Source of the DNA: Azolla caroliniana
Lineage: Eukaryota > Plantae > Polypodiophyta
Direction: 5' to 3'
DNA length: 64,000 bases
Assembly (NCBI GenBank): GCA_043228905.1
Contig: JBHGNT010000007.1
Location: 16,802,001 to 16,866,000 of the forward strand
Part shown: positions 45,125-59,144 of the stretch, piece by piece
How positions within the stretch are numbered: position 1 is the stretch's first letter
Layout of the letters: the number at the start of each line of letters is the position of its first letter
Program-made: the position numbers and the translations under genes
The notes under the pieces: generated by a model
The model's database searches: none
Told to the model about the DNA's origin: nothing
The model's input: the letters and a program-made list of their open reading frames with translations, nothing else

Positions 45125-45895
45125 ATGAGAATGGTGCACCATAGTACCATATCTTCCCCCTCATCTCCTCTTCCTCATCACCATCACCATCACCATCAGC
45201 TGAAGGAGCAGAAGGTGGAGCAGCCGGTGCCGCCTCGGTTCAAGGGTGTCCGATACCGATCATGGGGCCGATGGGTATCGGAGATCCGGCTCCCCCGCAG
45301 CCGCGAGCGTGTCTGGCTCGGCTCCTTCGCCACTGCCCAGATGGCTTCCCGAGCCTTCGAAGCCGCCTCCATAGCCCTCCACGGCTCCCCGCCCTCTCGG
45401 GGTTCTAGCCGCCGCCTCTCCCGGCCCCGAGCCGCCGGCCCGCAACCCGGATTCAGTACCCCGGCTGAGCGCCGCCTCTTCAAAGACAAAATCCGCGCAA
45501 TCGCCACTTCCGCGGCCTCCATAAAACCTCGCGGTGCCGCCCTCTCTAATGTTTCCATCCAATTCCACGATTTGTATCCTAAATCTAATACAAATTCCAG
45601 AAATTCGCCCACAATCGATGTTGTTGATGGTGAAGAAGAAGAAGAAGATGATGATGATACAAGGGTTTCCAAGTGGAACCATCACTGGGCAATGAATGGG
45701 AGCCCCGGATCAGAAGAAGAATCATCGGATTCGTATTCCGATTCCAATTCGCAGGATTCAGGTGTCCAGAACGAGTGGGCAGGTTTGGAAGAAATGGACA
45801 TTTCAATGTCCCAGAGGAGGGAGGGGAATCTGTGGGAGGAGGATCTTCGGATCCTGCGGGAGCTGGAGCAGGACCTGGCCTCCAATTCCATCTGA
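45125..45895 (+). CDS. AP2/ERF transcription factor, DREB group II-like (tandem paralog 1)
   Basis: FKGVRYRSWGRWVSEIRLPRSRERVWLGSFATAQMASRAFEAASIALHG. Confidence 0.9.
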   Translation: MRMVHHSTISSPSSPLPHHHHHHHQLKEQKVEQPVPPRFKGVRYRSWGRWVSEIRLPRSRERVWLGSFATAQMASRAFEAASIALHGSPPSRGSSRRLSRPRAAGPQPGFSTPAERRLFKDKIRAIATSAASIKPRGAALSNVSIQFHDLYPKSNTNSRNSPTIDVVDGEEEEEDDDDTRVSKWNHHWAMNGSPGSEEESSDSYSDSNSQDSGVQNEWAGLEEMDISMSQRREGNLWEEDLRILRELEQDLASNSI

Positions 45896-48800
45896 CTTTT
45901 ATCACAAATAATCTGCACAATACATACATACATACATACATACATACATACAGAAAGAAAGAAGACCCTTTTTCCGGGGCGTATTGCCTTTCCGGAAACT
46001 CTCGGGATCGGCACACGGGCAGACCGCGGAGAGAAGAAGAGGCTTTGTTGTACCCACCCAAATCACACTACTAATCCTCACATTTGTGAAGATGAAGACG
46101 ATCTCGTTGTTATATACTCGAGAACGTGGGGCCTTGTCCAACCTCGCATTCTCGTGCCCTTCTGATATCGAAAAGTTCACTTTTTATGTACCCTTCTGGT
46201 ATCGAAAAGTTCATTTTTGTGCCCTTATGGTATCGAAAAGTTCGGTTCTGTGCATGGCAAATGATTCTTCGGGATACTTGCCCCACGAAAACGTTCGGTG
46301 TTTGCTTGTACATCTATTTGGACTCTCGATGGAACTCATTGTTTCGTTCCAGTGTGACGATGCCCCGACCCCAAATATTAGTTGAAAATCTTCAAATTCT
46401 TATACATATAGCATGGCTCTTTGACTATCATTGACCTCGATCAAGAACGATAAAGGTTGCGCATACAAAACGAGAAGCATGGAATCATCAGCTCAAACAT
46501 CCAAGTATACACGACCACATCCACTCCACCTTTTAATTCTCAAGATTTAGGTTGTATACCCCACTTTGTGCAACCTTCTTCTGAGTATGTTACATGATGA
46601 GCTTATTAATTGCCCAAGACTCCAAATATGGTTAAAGAGTTTATGCAATACTAAATATAACTTCGGAACTTAACTATGTGCACGAAGGAAAATAGATGTA
46701 AAACAATATCATGTGGTATGTCAAACGAGTCACTTTCACATCTCGATGATTGAGAAGCATAGAAATACTTTGCCAACCTCGTCTATAAAAATACCTAAAA
46801 TGACAATGTGAATTCCCATCATGAAGGTTTTTCGTGATGTCCTCCTCAATTTAAAAGAACATAAGTTGTTTCACATATTCCATTTTCTTTTACATGTGTA
46901 CTACTGAGAATTGTGGTTTCTTCGCACACTTCAACTTGGTAAATTTGCAAACAAGCTAATGACCATGGTCCATGACCTTTTGGCTCAGCGTATATCCAAG
47001 TGGCTTCATTGCTTCTACTTGACAATGTTTTGCTTCTACTTGACAATGTTTTCTATGTTAGTCATAAAACCATGCCATGACATACACATCTTCCCTTATG
47101 TCATTCTAGTGCAACAATGTTCTGCGTCATCACTTTTTGTGGGGTTGCTCTTTTTCTTTTCGAAATGACATATCATATCCAAAATGAATTTATATACATC
47201 ATTTGCCAAACTTGACTTAAAGGGTTCCCAACACTAATCATTGGCATACAATGACATTTAAAAGTGCTTTTTCACACGCTTGCATATGAAACAAAGTGTT
47301 AACATCGCGTGTTCATGAGACTTCTTGGATGTGTAACAAACAAGTTGGGATAGATCATGCAACTTTCAAGTTTGCCTTTGGGTAGCTTGAAAGATAATCT
47401 TATTCATTGACAAGGCTAGCAAGTTACAACATATTAAAGAGTAGAAACAACAAGTGTCGCCAGTAGAGTCCAAACTTGAACTTTTGTTTGCTGCATGAAA
47501 TGAATGCAATATTTGAACTTTTTTCTATATTGCTACTTGATATACATATGGCTAGGACCAAAAGTCTAGGGAACTAGTAGATTTATGATGCATTCATCCC
47601 GTACAACATTTGCCTATTGGAAAACAAATGCGTTCATGGAACATCTAAAGTATATTTTCATGTTGTCAATTGCCCTCTTCATATGAATCCCTTCTTTTGT
47701 TCTTGCTAGTTGTATTGGAGGGTTTTTCAATTCTTCAAGCAAGAGTAACATTATATGTTTCCATTGATTCTATGGATGAGATGATGATATGCTTAGTTGA
47801 TGAGCATTAGTGCAACTTTGTTTAAGCTTGTCGTCTACATAGTTGTAGATGAAGAACCCGAAGCAAACGATGAAGTAACCCAAGTTATGAAATCTTTTGA
47901 TAACTACAATGGTTAATGTGTAACTTCATGTAAATTTGAAAACATTGAAGACATACACATGTCTCTCTAAGATCATTGTCCTCATTCTGGTTTTCCACAT
48001 TGAGATGTTTTGAGTTATGAAAATGTTGAAAGCTTACACAACTCATTGTGGGCTTTACCACGTGCCCCAAAAAACTCGTATCATCATAGATCAATATTAT
48101 GAGGCTTCATTACCCTTGGATTTGCATGAAGTAATTCCAAAACCCGACAAAAAGTTGAAGTCTATCTCATTGACTCAATGACCAACGTATAATGCTTGAG
48201 AAGGTGCAACATACACAAAAAAGATTTTTCTTGTTGCATATACTTGAGAGTGTCCCCTAGACATAAACAAACATTTTGTCACATAATAGTTTTCACGAAG
48301 TAGGAAAAATGGGTACCTTTTCACACCTATATCTAACAAATTGTTAAATTTTCCTCTCAAACAAGCCACAAAATGAGTGGATACATATCAAATAAATGTT
48401 TGAATAAGGCTTGGTCCTTTTTAGTTAGTTTGGTCTTTGTTTGTCATTTGTGCATGCTACGTATCCTAGAGGTTTCTAATGTGAACAAACGTCACCTATG
48501 TTCACATGAGAAGCTTATGGAACATATGTTAGCCAAGTTAGTGTAGCTCAAATAGCTTTCAAGTGAATCAGGGGGAAAAGTTAGTTGACTGTCATCTAAG
48601 AACTTGTCAAGGAATGAGTTCTAATGACGATGTCAACTAGCTCAAATGGTCCCACAGGGTGCACCATGAAAAGGTTACACTAACATTGTAAACACAAATA
48701 TTAGTATTTAAATGATGTTACTGAAACGCCAACCATTTGATTCATGTCTAAATTGGCATTCAAAACAATACCATCATTTTTTTGACATAATTTATACTAC

Positions 48801-49055
48801 CTCTCCAACTTTGTCAAACGTTACCACCTCTAGCTTCCTACGGTTGAGGTAATTAAAACAATCTTTCTCTTCCAAGAGAATATTTATCCACATCAACGGC
48901 TTTTAGGGAACATGTTGCACGTTTGTAGTCGCACATTTTGATAGTTCTAGAAGGAGTTCTCTTAAATGATTGGAGAGTATATTTGATTGTCTATAAACAT
49001 ATTTACGGGCTCTTATGTGTCATTAATTTTGTGTTACAGAAACATTATACTCTCT

Positions 49056-49090
<35 letters not shown>

Positions 49091-49531
49091 GGTGGTTGAT
49101 AATTACTCAAGCCTTGATGTCTCAAAGGAAACAAAAAAGAATTTTGAGACATACATGTCGTGTACACTTACAGTATGTTGAGTTCCTCATTGCGAGGCTC
49201 TAAAATTTGCACTACTCATCATTTAACACTAAAACAAATAAGAATAACAAAGTGGCGATTGATGTGTCTTCGAAAGATAATTTAGAAACCAACTTGCATT
49301 TTTTTTATTGTGATTGTAAAAGGTAACAACACATTCCTTCCGCAACTAGGATATTTGCTACTCATGCGTGGCAACGATAACAACTTTATTTGAGACCTTT
49401 GGATACGCAAAAAGGGCAATTCATAAAGAGTTCCAAGCATGATCGAGGGGACAAGTCCAAAGCTTTTTTGTCTGCCTTTTCACTACGAGGAGCCATCACA
49501 TGATAACTTTTAAAAAGGTATAGACGACATC

Positions 49532-49534
<3 letters not shown>

Positions 49535-49596
<62 letters not shown>
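49535..49596. repeat. (GA)n microsatellite in ERF upstream region
   Basis: About 31 GA units; others at ~25611, 34534, 37438, 38186 and 58891. Confidence 0.95.
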
Positions 49597-49599
<3 letters not shown>

Positions 49600-49942
49600 C
49601 TCTAGATGTGACTCTTCTATTTTACGCGTCAAGTGTGAACTATGAAAGTGTTGCGATAAGCTTTCGAGAGGGACATGTCAGAGTGCGTGCAACTTGAGCA
49701 CAATGAGCGGGCATATATGTATGTATATAAACACACATCTACACACTCATCACACTCAACTCACTAACCTTTTCACTCTTCTTCTTCTTCCTCTTTTCTC
49801 ATAGACAAGAAGAAGACATTAAACCCGCAAAGTAGTAGTGTCACCAAACCTTTACCTTGGGGGCATCTCATCTCATCTCATCTCATCTCCATTCACACAT
49901 TATACTTTTGACATCCAAGAACACTCTTTCATTGGATTAAAC

Positions 49943-50728
49943 ATGAGAATGGTGCAAGATAGTACCCTATCTTCCCCCTCATATCCTCCTCCTCCTCATT
50001 ACCATCAGCTGAAGGAGCAGCCGGTGCCGCCTCGGTTCAAGGGTGTCCGATACCGATCATGGGGCCGTTGGGTATCGGAGATCCGGCTCCCCCGCAGCCG
50101 CGAGCGTGTCTGGCTCGGCTCCTTCGCCACTGCCGAGATGGCTTCCCGAGCCTTCGAAGCCGCCTCCATAGCCCTCCATGGCTCCCCGCCCTCTCCGGAT
50201 CACGGCCGCCGCCGCCGCCATCGAGCCGCCGGCCCACAACCCGGATTCGGTACCCCGGCTCAGCGCCGCCTCTTCAAAGACAAAATCCGCGCAATCGCCA
50301 CTGCCGCCGCCTCCTCCTCCTCATCCACAAAACCCAGCGGTGCCGCCCTCTCTAATATTTCCGCCCAATTCCGCTGCGAAATGTATCCGAAACCTAATAC
50401 AAATTTATCCAGGAATTCTTCGCCCGGGATTGAGTATGATGAAGACGAGGTTGATTCTGATACAAAGGTTCCCATGTGGAACCATCACTGGGTAATGAAT
50501 GGGAGCCCCGGATCCGAAGAAGAATCATCGGATTCGTACTCCGATTCCAGCTCGAGTTCGCAGGATTCAGCTGTCCAGAACGAGTGGGCAGGTTTGGAAG
50601 AATTGGATGGCACATGGCACCTTGAACAGGACATTTCAATGTCCCAGAGGAGTGGGGCAGATCTGTGGGAGGCGGATCTTCGGATCCTGCGGGAGCTGGA
50701 GCAAGATCTGGCCTCCAATTCCATCTGA
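49943..50728 (+). CDS. AP2/ERF transcription factor, DREB group II-like (tandem paralog 2)
   Basis: ATG homologous to 45125 (MRMV); AP2 domain nearly identical to paralog 1. Confidence 0.9.
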   Translation: MRMVQDSTLSSPSYPPPPHYHQLKEQPVPPRFKGVRYRSWGRWVSEIRLPRSRERVWLGSFATAEMASRAFEAASIALHGSPPSPDHGRRRRHRAAGPQPGFGTPAQRRLFKDKIRAIATAAASSSSSTKPSGAALSNISAQFRCEMYPKPNTNLSRNSSPGIEYDEDEVDSDTKVPMWNHHWVMNGSPGSEEESSDSYSDSSSSSQDSAVQNEWAGLEELDGTWHLEQDISMSQRSGADLWEADLRILRELEQDLASNSI

Positions 50729-53324
50729 CTTTTATCACAAAGAATCTGCACAATACATACATACATACAGAAAGAAAGAAAGAAAGAAAGAAGATCCTCC
50801 ATGTGGGCCTGTTCTTCTTCTTCTTCACATCTGAAACCTTCTGCTGGGAAATGATCTTCTTCTTCCTCCTCTTCTTCTGTAATGCTATTATTATTACAAG
50901 GGGGGGGAGAGGGGTAAGGTAGTGTGCCATTTTCCGGCCGCCCCTTTCTCCATTCCTTCCTTCCGGTCTCGTCTTTTCCGGGGCGTATTGTCTTTTCGGG
51001 GGCGCCTCTCGGGAGTAGGGCGGAAAGAAAGAGGGGGGCTCCTTTGGACCCACCCAAATGACACATCCGCTCCCACGCAGTGAAGAAGATCTTCGTATCG
51101 TGTTACTGGGAAAATCGGGGTACACGAATCCCTCGCGCTTTCCTTTGTATGGACCTGGACTTGGACCTGGACCTGCTCACATTGCAAATTGCAAAGCCTC
51201 CTCGTACACCCAAACCAATGAGTCCTCTCTCGCCCTTATTCGAGCCATAACAAGAATCGGTTGGATCGTGGCCAATCAATCACTCACGACAAACTCATTC
51301 GTACTTGCTTGTATATGTACATATATCGAACTCTTTAATGCAGTTCTACTTTAGTCAAGAGCGTAACGATGCTTCTGACCTCTCGAATGTAGTGGGGTTA
51401 CCTCGAACATAATAACATGACTTTCTAAGATCATTGACCTTGATCGGAACACTAAGGTTGTGGGTAACATTTGGAACAACACTTAAGGTTGTGCGTAACA
51501 CGAACTTATCATCATGAGGATTCTAAGTATACAAATTTGCATCCATTGGGCGTTTTATTTTCAACATTGAAGGTTATATACTCCAATGAGCTCACCCTTC
51601 TTTCTAAGTTTCTACATGTTGACCATTGCCCTTGACTTCAAATATAGTCAAAGAGTTTAATGAACAATCGCTACTTCAATATTTCCCAAAGATAACGGAC
51701 TTAAAACTTCTTTTGTTTGTCGCATATCCAAATGGCGCTTCATTGCTTCCACTTGGCAATGGATTTTTCATGTTACTCGATAAGAACATGCCATGACTTA
51801 CACATATACACTTACGTCATTCGAGTCTCACGAAGTTGGAGCATCATCGCCTTTTCAAGGGGATGCCCTTTTCCTTTTTTGATATGATATATCGTTTCCA
51901 AAATGAATTTAAAAACATTATTTACCAAACTCAACTACAAAGGGTCCACAACTCGAATTATTGGCATATGATGACATTTAAAAGTATCTTCTCACACACT
52001 TGCCCATTGTAAACCAAAATTTTAACATTGCATGTTATGAACTGAAGACAAAAACCGTAGATGAGACTCTGTGGATATGCAAAAGACAAGTTGGGGCTAG
52101 GCCATGGATATCATATCCATTGGGTAACTCGAAAGATAATCTTATCCCTTTACGAGGTTAATAATATGTTGAAGAGTAGAACACTCGAGGTTGTCTATAA
52201 GGGACTTCTAGCATATGCAATAAAGTTAGAATAGCTCAAAAAGCTTTCATGTTTTCCTATGAGTAGCTTAAAAGATGACCTTATCCATTTATGAGGCTAA
52301 CATGTTGAAGAGTAGAACATTGAGCACACTCAGTGTCCAAATGCAAACTTTTTTCTCCTACATGATATAAGTGTAAGATCTGAACTTTTTTCTATACCGT
52401 TACATTATAATTTTTCTTCAACGAGGAATTGACTAAGCATCATGTTTACAAAATGCTCTTATATCACTTGAAAAGGCATGTCTCTCCTTATGAAAATATG
52501 ATATTTCATTAAACTAATCAATCATAATCATGTCCATGAAAAAGAAATGCTCATACCACCTACTACCATTCTACTTGTCAATAACTATAAGTAGATGGAA
52601 TATCTCTTAGACAATGTATTGTTGCCCATTTGGTTGCCATTGAAGCATGCATTACATAAGAATGTAATAAATAAATTATCTTTTAGAAAATATGACGTCA
52701 CATTTCGATTGAGCCTATACTACCCATACAAGAATTCTTCTACTAAAAATCTATTGTTCCTCCATTGGAATCAAGAAACTACTCAAGGACTGCCATAAGA
52801 TCACTTGTGTTGCAAGACTCATATGGAAATACGAAACCCAAAAGGTAGGAAAAACGAAGCTCTATATACCTTGAAAAAGACTGGCCCATGTTTGTAAGGA
52901 TAAACTTGAACACACATAGAATTTGTGTTTTTCAATGTTATGATGTCTATTAATTGATGTGAGAGCAATAACCTTGTTGATCATCCATATTCCAAAGGGG
53001 GGGGGATTCATTTGTCGAAATCTGTTCACTTGGCAATAGCGAGATCCATGTGCCTTGAATTGGCCAATGCCAAACCTAATATATAGAAGTATGCGCCATG
53101 ATATGACATGTTCATCATTAGACATCTCTTATACCCCATTTGCTTGCCCACCTCCATTTAGCTGCTCCTCTAACTCTAGGTCTTCTTCTCACATACGAAG
53201 CCCATATACCTTTTGGACCATAGATCTTATGTGCATTTCTGGATAGAAGGTCCATTGTCATCAGATTCAATGAGATTTTTTGTTTCCACAACTTATGTGC
53301 CATATGTGTGGAAAAACACCTTGT

Positions 53325-53525
53325 GATTACCCTGATTTCCAAAATAGATTTTATACATTTTGTCCTAATTTCTAAAATGGAGTTTATACATATTTCCCTA
53401 ATTTTTGAAATGGATTTTACGCATATTGCCATGCCTTAGTTTCCGAAATGGATAGTATACATATTGCCTTGGTTTCCGAAATGGATTGTATCCATATAGC
53501 CCTAGTTTCTGAAATGGATTGTATC
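53325..53525. repeat. ~35-bp degenerate tandem repeat, about 6 copies
   Basis: Recurring CCTAGTTTCCGAAATGGATTGTATACATAT-like unit. Confidence 0.7.
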
Positions 53526-53933
53526 ATGTAGATCTTATTATTCACAGTCATAGGGCAAAAAAATAAGATGGTTACCAAAATGAATTACCAATCTAATGAG
53601 TCAATGACTATGAATTACCGAAATGTACTATGATTGCTCCACATGAATATCTAAATATATGATCTTTCAAATTTGTATGTGTATATTGACATGACAACTA
53701 TTAAAAATCTAAGACAACTAATAAAACAAGGAGGTTGAATGATTCATTCGAAGTAAAACCACATGAAGTCTCTAACAAAGCAAATATCGAATGCTATTAG
53801 GTTGCATGTTTGATTAAGATGGCATTTGAGAAATATGTGTCAATTGTAAAAAAAATTGAGTATTAATGTTACATAAGGCTTGTAGAATTCATATAATAAA
53901 TTTGCAACTTTATGCAAAACTAATATTTCGTGC

Positions 53934-54191
53934 TAGGAATCCGCAACAATTGAGTTTTTGCTTAACCGGTTTGGCCTTGTCCAAACCAAACAAATTAAGC
54001 CTATAAACCGGTTTAGGAATCGGTTTAGCCAAGTCTTTGTAATATGTTTTGCCCAAATTGGTTCGGTTCAGCTTGAGCCATCCCAAACTGAGCTCAAACC
54101 AATGAAGGAAGCTCTAGCCTAAATTGAACCGTTGTTTACAAATGGTTTAACGATTCAGTTTAGGCTTGCGCCAAGTTGTTGCCGATTCCTA
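53934..54191. mobile_element. hAT MITE, 258 bp
   Basis: TIRs TAGGAATC(C/G)GCAACAA; 8-bp TSD TTTCGTGC / TTTCATGC; AACCG motifs. Confidence 0.85.
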
Positions 54192-54472
54192 TTTCATGCC
54201 ACATATCTCAATGACGCAAGAGGATATACAAATGTATAGCCTTTCTTCTATGCTTACAAAAAAGTTGGATCAATCTAAGAAATTACTCCTACAAATGTAC
54301 AATAGTACCAAAATGATAATTGAAAATAGTGCATCCTTGTGGCCTAACACAAATGGTTTTACATGTAAAAAAACACAATGAAAATTGCATGATTAACTAT
54401 GCTCTCCTTTTTTAAGTTATTTTGGATCGCATACATAAATTTGTACTTAGTGAATGGACACCAAAATCCTAC

Positions 54473-57400
54473 CAGCCTAGTATGATGTCCATTGGCCAGT
54501 GTGAACAATGTCTCTATGGGAAGTTGAGTTCAATTCTCAATGCACCCCTTTGAACACAACTTCCGGATGTCAAAAAGTTGGTTTGGTTCGATCCTTGAAA
54601 ATCTTCGATTCGGTTGAATTGGCTTTTGGAAGGTTAGTCGACACGGCTTTGATTGTTCGGGTGCTTTGTGCTCCCTGTTCGGCTCGATTATCATCGTACT
54701 TCGATTCCTCTAGTTGGCAATGCGATTGTCAATTGCTTCTTACTGCTCTAGGAGATCGCGCCGCTGCCAAGGGAGAAGACGAATCCTGACGTCGATTGGC
54801 CTTATAGCCAGCCTAGTTTGCGTTCGTGTACCTTCGAGCTGAATGATCGTATCTTACTTGTATATGATGCCAAAATCCATCGTCCCACAACCGTACCTAA
54901 GTACTCTCTTAGCACAATCAAGATGAACATTTCGAGTGTTTTGCATGAATTGGTTAAGCAAACCGACCAAATAGTTGAGGTCAGTTCGTGTGATGGTAAG
55001 ATAGATTAAGTTGCTGATCAATTGTCGATACTAAGTCGACTTGTGCTCGTCTGTTCCAGAATCGGCATTGAGTTTGATGTTTCGATCAAGAGGGGTAGAA
55101 ACAGGTTTGCACTCAGTCATCCCGAACTTGTAGAGCAAGTTGAGAATGTAGTGTTGTTGCGAGATCAATATGAAGACTAGTGTTTGAATTACTTCAATAC
55201 CGAGGAAGTAATGGAGGTTGTGCATATCCTTCATTTTGAATCGGCCTGATAGGAGCAATTTGACCTTATTAATGTCGGCTAGATTCTTTCCTCTGATTAC
55301 CAGATGATCCACGTATAAGATGATGACAATCAGGTTGTCTGACTCATTTTTGATGTATAGGGAGTTGTCAGATTTTGACATTTGGAAGCCGATTTGGTGA
55401 AGATACTAGGTGATCTTCGCATGCCAAGCACATTGTGCTTGCTTGAGTCCGTATAGAGGCTTCCTGAGTCGGTAGGCTGCTTTTGGGTGTTTGCTCGATT
55501 TGAAACCGGGTGGTTGAATCATGAAGACCTCGTCTTCTAATTCACCTTGTAGGACGGCATTCTTTACATCCATTTGGTGGAGGTGCCACCCTTTTGCAAC
55601 TGCGAGAGCAATGACTGTCTGAATAGTCGTCATCTTTGCCATCGGGGCAAAGATCTCCTCATAATCGAATCCATGTGCTTGGGCGTATCCCTTAGCTACG
55701 AGTCGTGCCTTGTAGTGATTTACCGAACCGTCGGCATTATATTTTACCTTATAGATTCATCTACAACCGATTTCTTTCTTGTGTGTAGAATGGGAAACGA
55801 GATCCCATGTTCCATTTTTGCATAGAGCTTGCTTTTCTTTGTTCATAACATCGATCCATCGTGGATCCCTAGCGGTCTCGGAAAAGGTTTTCGGTTCTCA
55901 TATTGTCGCCACCTTCATCATAAAGGCATAATGATATGCCATATACTCATCGTAGTCGAATCGGCTAACCAGGTTTTTCTCTCGGGTGGAACGACAAAGC
56001 TTCTTGCTTGCATAGATTAAGGCTTTCTTTGCTCCATTTGTCCGGATGATTGGGATGTCAAGGCCTTCAAACTCACCGTCAAGGGAGTGAGTTGACTCAT
56101 TGTTGATTGGATCTTCGTATACTGGCATTTTGGCCTTCCCTTTGTCTAGTTTCTAACTCAGCCAAGATGTGCTTTGATCTCTCAGTGTCTCCTAAGGTCC
56201 ACTCAATCTAGTAGTAATTAGACTTTCTTTGAACATGCACCTTAGTCAATGTTCGTCTTCTATCTCTTGTTCAGCCAATTCCGGGTCGACTGAGGTTGGA
56301 ATCGGAATTGTCTCTGGTTCATACCAGGATGTTGACTTGTCGAAAATGACGTCTTGACTTACTTGAACTTTTCGGGTGGATGGATTGTAACATTTGTACC
56401 CCTTTTGTTTGAGTGAGTAGCCTACAAGGGTACATTTCTCCAACTTCGGATCAAGCTTTTGTCGCTTCTTGTCGGGAATGTGTACATATGCGATTGAGCC
56501 GAATATTCGGACATAGGATAAATCCAACTTCTTTCCGAAGAACTTCTCGTGAGGTGTTATGTTGTGTACCCTAGAGGTTGTACATCCATTCATTAGATAG
56601 ACGGTTGTGCTAGCCGTGTCTGCCCAGTACAATTTCGACAGGTTCTTCTCGTTCATCATTGCCTTTGCCACCTCTACTATCTACTGATTTGTGCGTTCGG
56701 CTACTCCATTTTGTTGAGGTGTGTGTCGGCATGAAAATTCTTGTCAAACTCCTTCCTTTCGAAGATACGCTATAAATTCGTTTGAGAAATATTCCTTGCC
56801 CCCATCCGATCAAAGGCTTCAGACATGCCGACTTGTGGCTTTTTCAACTTCGTTTTTAAACTTTGGGAAGTGTCTAAACACTTCGCTCTTTTGTCGCATA
56901 GGGTAAATCTAGGTATGCCTGGAAAAGTCGTCAATAAACGTGACATAATATCGACAACCGCCGAATGTTGCCATCTGGGCTGGTCCTTATACATCTGAAT
57001 GTACTACATCCAAGATCCCTTTGCTCACATTCCTCTCTTAATGGTTGTCGGTGTTCTTTGCTGAATTGGTAGGCTTCACATACACCAACTATCTCCTTTT
57101 CGGTAAATGTCGGGAGTCCGATTACGACTTCTTTTGACTGCATTCCTTTAAGCTTTTGGAGATTGATGTAGTCAATTTTCTTGTGCCACAGTTTCAAGTC
57201 GGTTTTGACTTTGAGGCCTTTGGCGAACATAACCGACTTCACCTCGTTCAATTCAAGGATGAACATTCGGCCTTCTCTTCGACCGTGAGCGATTAATCGA
57301 CCTTCTTTCTCAATAAAGCACCCTTCATTATTGGATAGTACTTGCCTTGTTCGATTATTTGGCCTATGGAGACCCGGTTTTTCATCATGGTTGGGAGTCG

Positions 57401-58888
57401 GGACATGTAGTACGTTCTTTAGGTAGGATTGTTTACCGTTGTTCCCAAATGGGACATTTCCGATATGCAAAATCGAATGAGTTGTGTCGTCTCCGGTTTC
57501 GACATAGTCGGGTTGATCGGGCTTTCTCAACTCTCGGAACCAATCTTCGTGAGACGTCATGTGATTGGACACTCCAAAGTCTACAAACCATATATCTTCT
57601 GGGGAAGAGGTACTAGTTGAGCCCTGTGCCGACATCGAATACACTTTATGCCTCATTACGAACATTCCGCCATGATTGTCATAATCGGAATTCGTGGCAT
57701 AGTTTGTGAGTTGTTGGTTAATCGAAGCCGACTCTCATTTCTTCTTTCGGCACTCCTCTTCGTAGTGGCCGAGTTTTCCACAATACCCGTATTTGATCGG
57801 GCTGTTTTGATGGCTCGGTCCTGTAGGATGGCTCCCCCTTCTACCGAACTCCCTAGGAGTATTTTTGGCCTCTTGCCAATTGATGGGAATTGCATTCTCG
57901 GGTCGGTTGATCCTGTCGGCCTTGACCAAATCGGCCTATGTTTACTCGGTCGAATTCTCTTCCATCATCCGACTGGGAGTAGAGCATCTGACCATTGGGT
58001 GCATTACTCCTTTGTCGAGCATGATTTTCTTCCACCAATAGTATCGACTAAAGGTCGAAAAAGGAACGTGGAATCTCCCTTGCAAGAATGGTCGATCTAA
58101 TCATGACAAATCGTGGTGCTAAGTCGTTGAGGCATATTTGCACCATTTCTTCATCGTCGATGATGATATTGATTGACCCGAGGGCATCACACAACTGCTT
58201 GATCTTTAAGGTACATCTAGTGATCGAGATATCCCTTTGTTGTATATTGTTTAGCTCATGTCGGAGTTGGCATCACACAACTGCTTGATCTTTAAGGTAC
58301 ATCTAGTGATCGAGATATCCCTTTGTTGTATATTGTTTCGTGCAGCCATGTTGGCTGTGCAAATCTTCTTGAAATTACCCCAAGCTTCTTTTGGCATTTT
58401 TGCCTCTCGAATATAGACGAGCATGTGATCTTGAATGCATGATGCAAGGCAATACAACACACGGCTCACGGCCTGCTCCCAGCCTGGGTAGTCAGCATGT
58501 GTTGGGTTGGGTTGCATTTCGTGAGCTCCTTCGATACAACTCCAATAACCTTGTCCGACAAGGTATTGATGCATCTTGTATTCCCAGGATGCGAAGTTTG
58601 TCCTATCGAGCTTCTCTGTAGGAAGACCGCTTCCTATTTGAGTGTTCATGGTGTCATTTTCTTCTCTGTAGTTGAACCGGTTTTATTGATCGTCGGTGTG
58701 TAGCACAACATAGTTGAATGAGTTTGATCAGACAACCACATGCTCTGATACTATGTAAAGAATCGGAGTGTAGCAGAAGATGTGCAGCGGAGATGAACTG
58801 TGTGTGTGCAAGTGTACGACATGCTCTGATACTATGTAAAGAATCGGAGTGTAGGAGATGATGTGCAATGGAGATGAACTGTGTGTGT

Positions 58889-58953
<65 letters not shown>

Positions 58954-59144
58954 CTTAGAACAAGAAGCTATATTAGTGAAAAATATGATTACATCCAACA
59001 GTAACTAAGTTACAAGGAGTTGGTTTAAATACCAACTAGTCTAGGGCAATTGCCCTTTCTACTAATTACAAAACTAGCCTAGTATGATGTCCACTGGATA
59101 GTGTGAACACTATCTCTATGGGAAGTTGAGTTCAATTCTCAACA
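54473..59144 (-). mobile_element. Degraded near-full-length Ty1/copia (5' LTR ~58835-59144; ~70-bp remnant of the 3' LTR at 54473-54542)
   Basis: gag KLDRTNFASWEYKM; WFVDFGVSNHM; IN and RT pieces (QMDVKNA, LYGLKQA, LYVDHL); mutated iMet PBS; many stops and frameshifts. Confidence 0.9.

Larger units (their letters stand above)
43520..52390 (+). repeat. Old tandem duplication (~4.9-kb period) carrying two ERF paralogs
   Basis: Collinear non-coding blocks at about 43522/48410, 43926/48753, 46429/51432, 46991/51724 and 47341/52088. Confidence 0.8.

Noticed and set aside
49838-49942. N-terminal extension of the 296-aa ORF call
   Set aside because: GTG start; the homologous region is upstream non-coding sequence in the 45125 paralog, so ATG 49943 is preferred
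50394-51125. 243-aa antisense ORF over the ERF 3' end
   Set aside because: Low-complexity, runs through microsatellites, and has no domain
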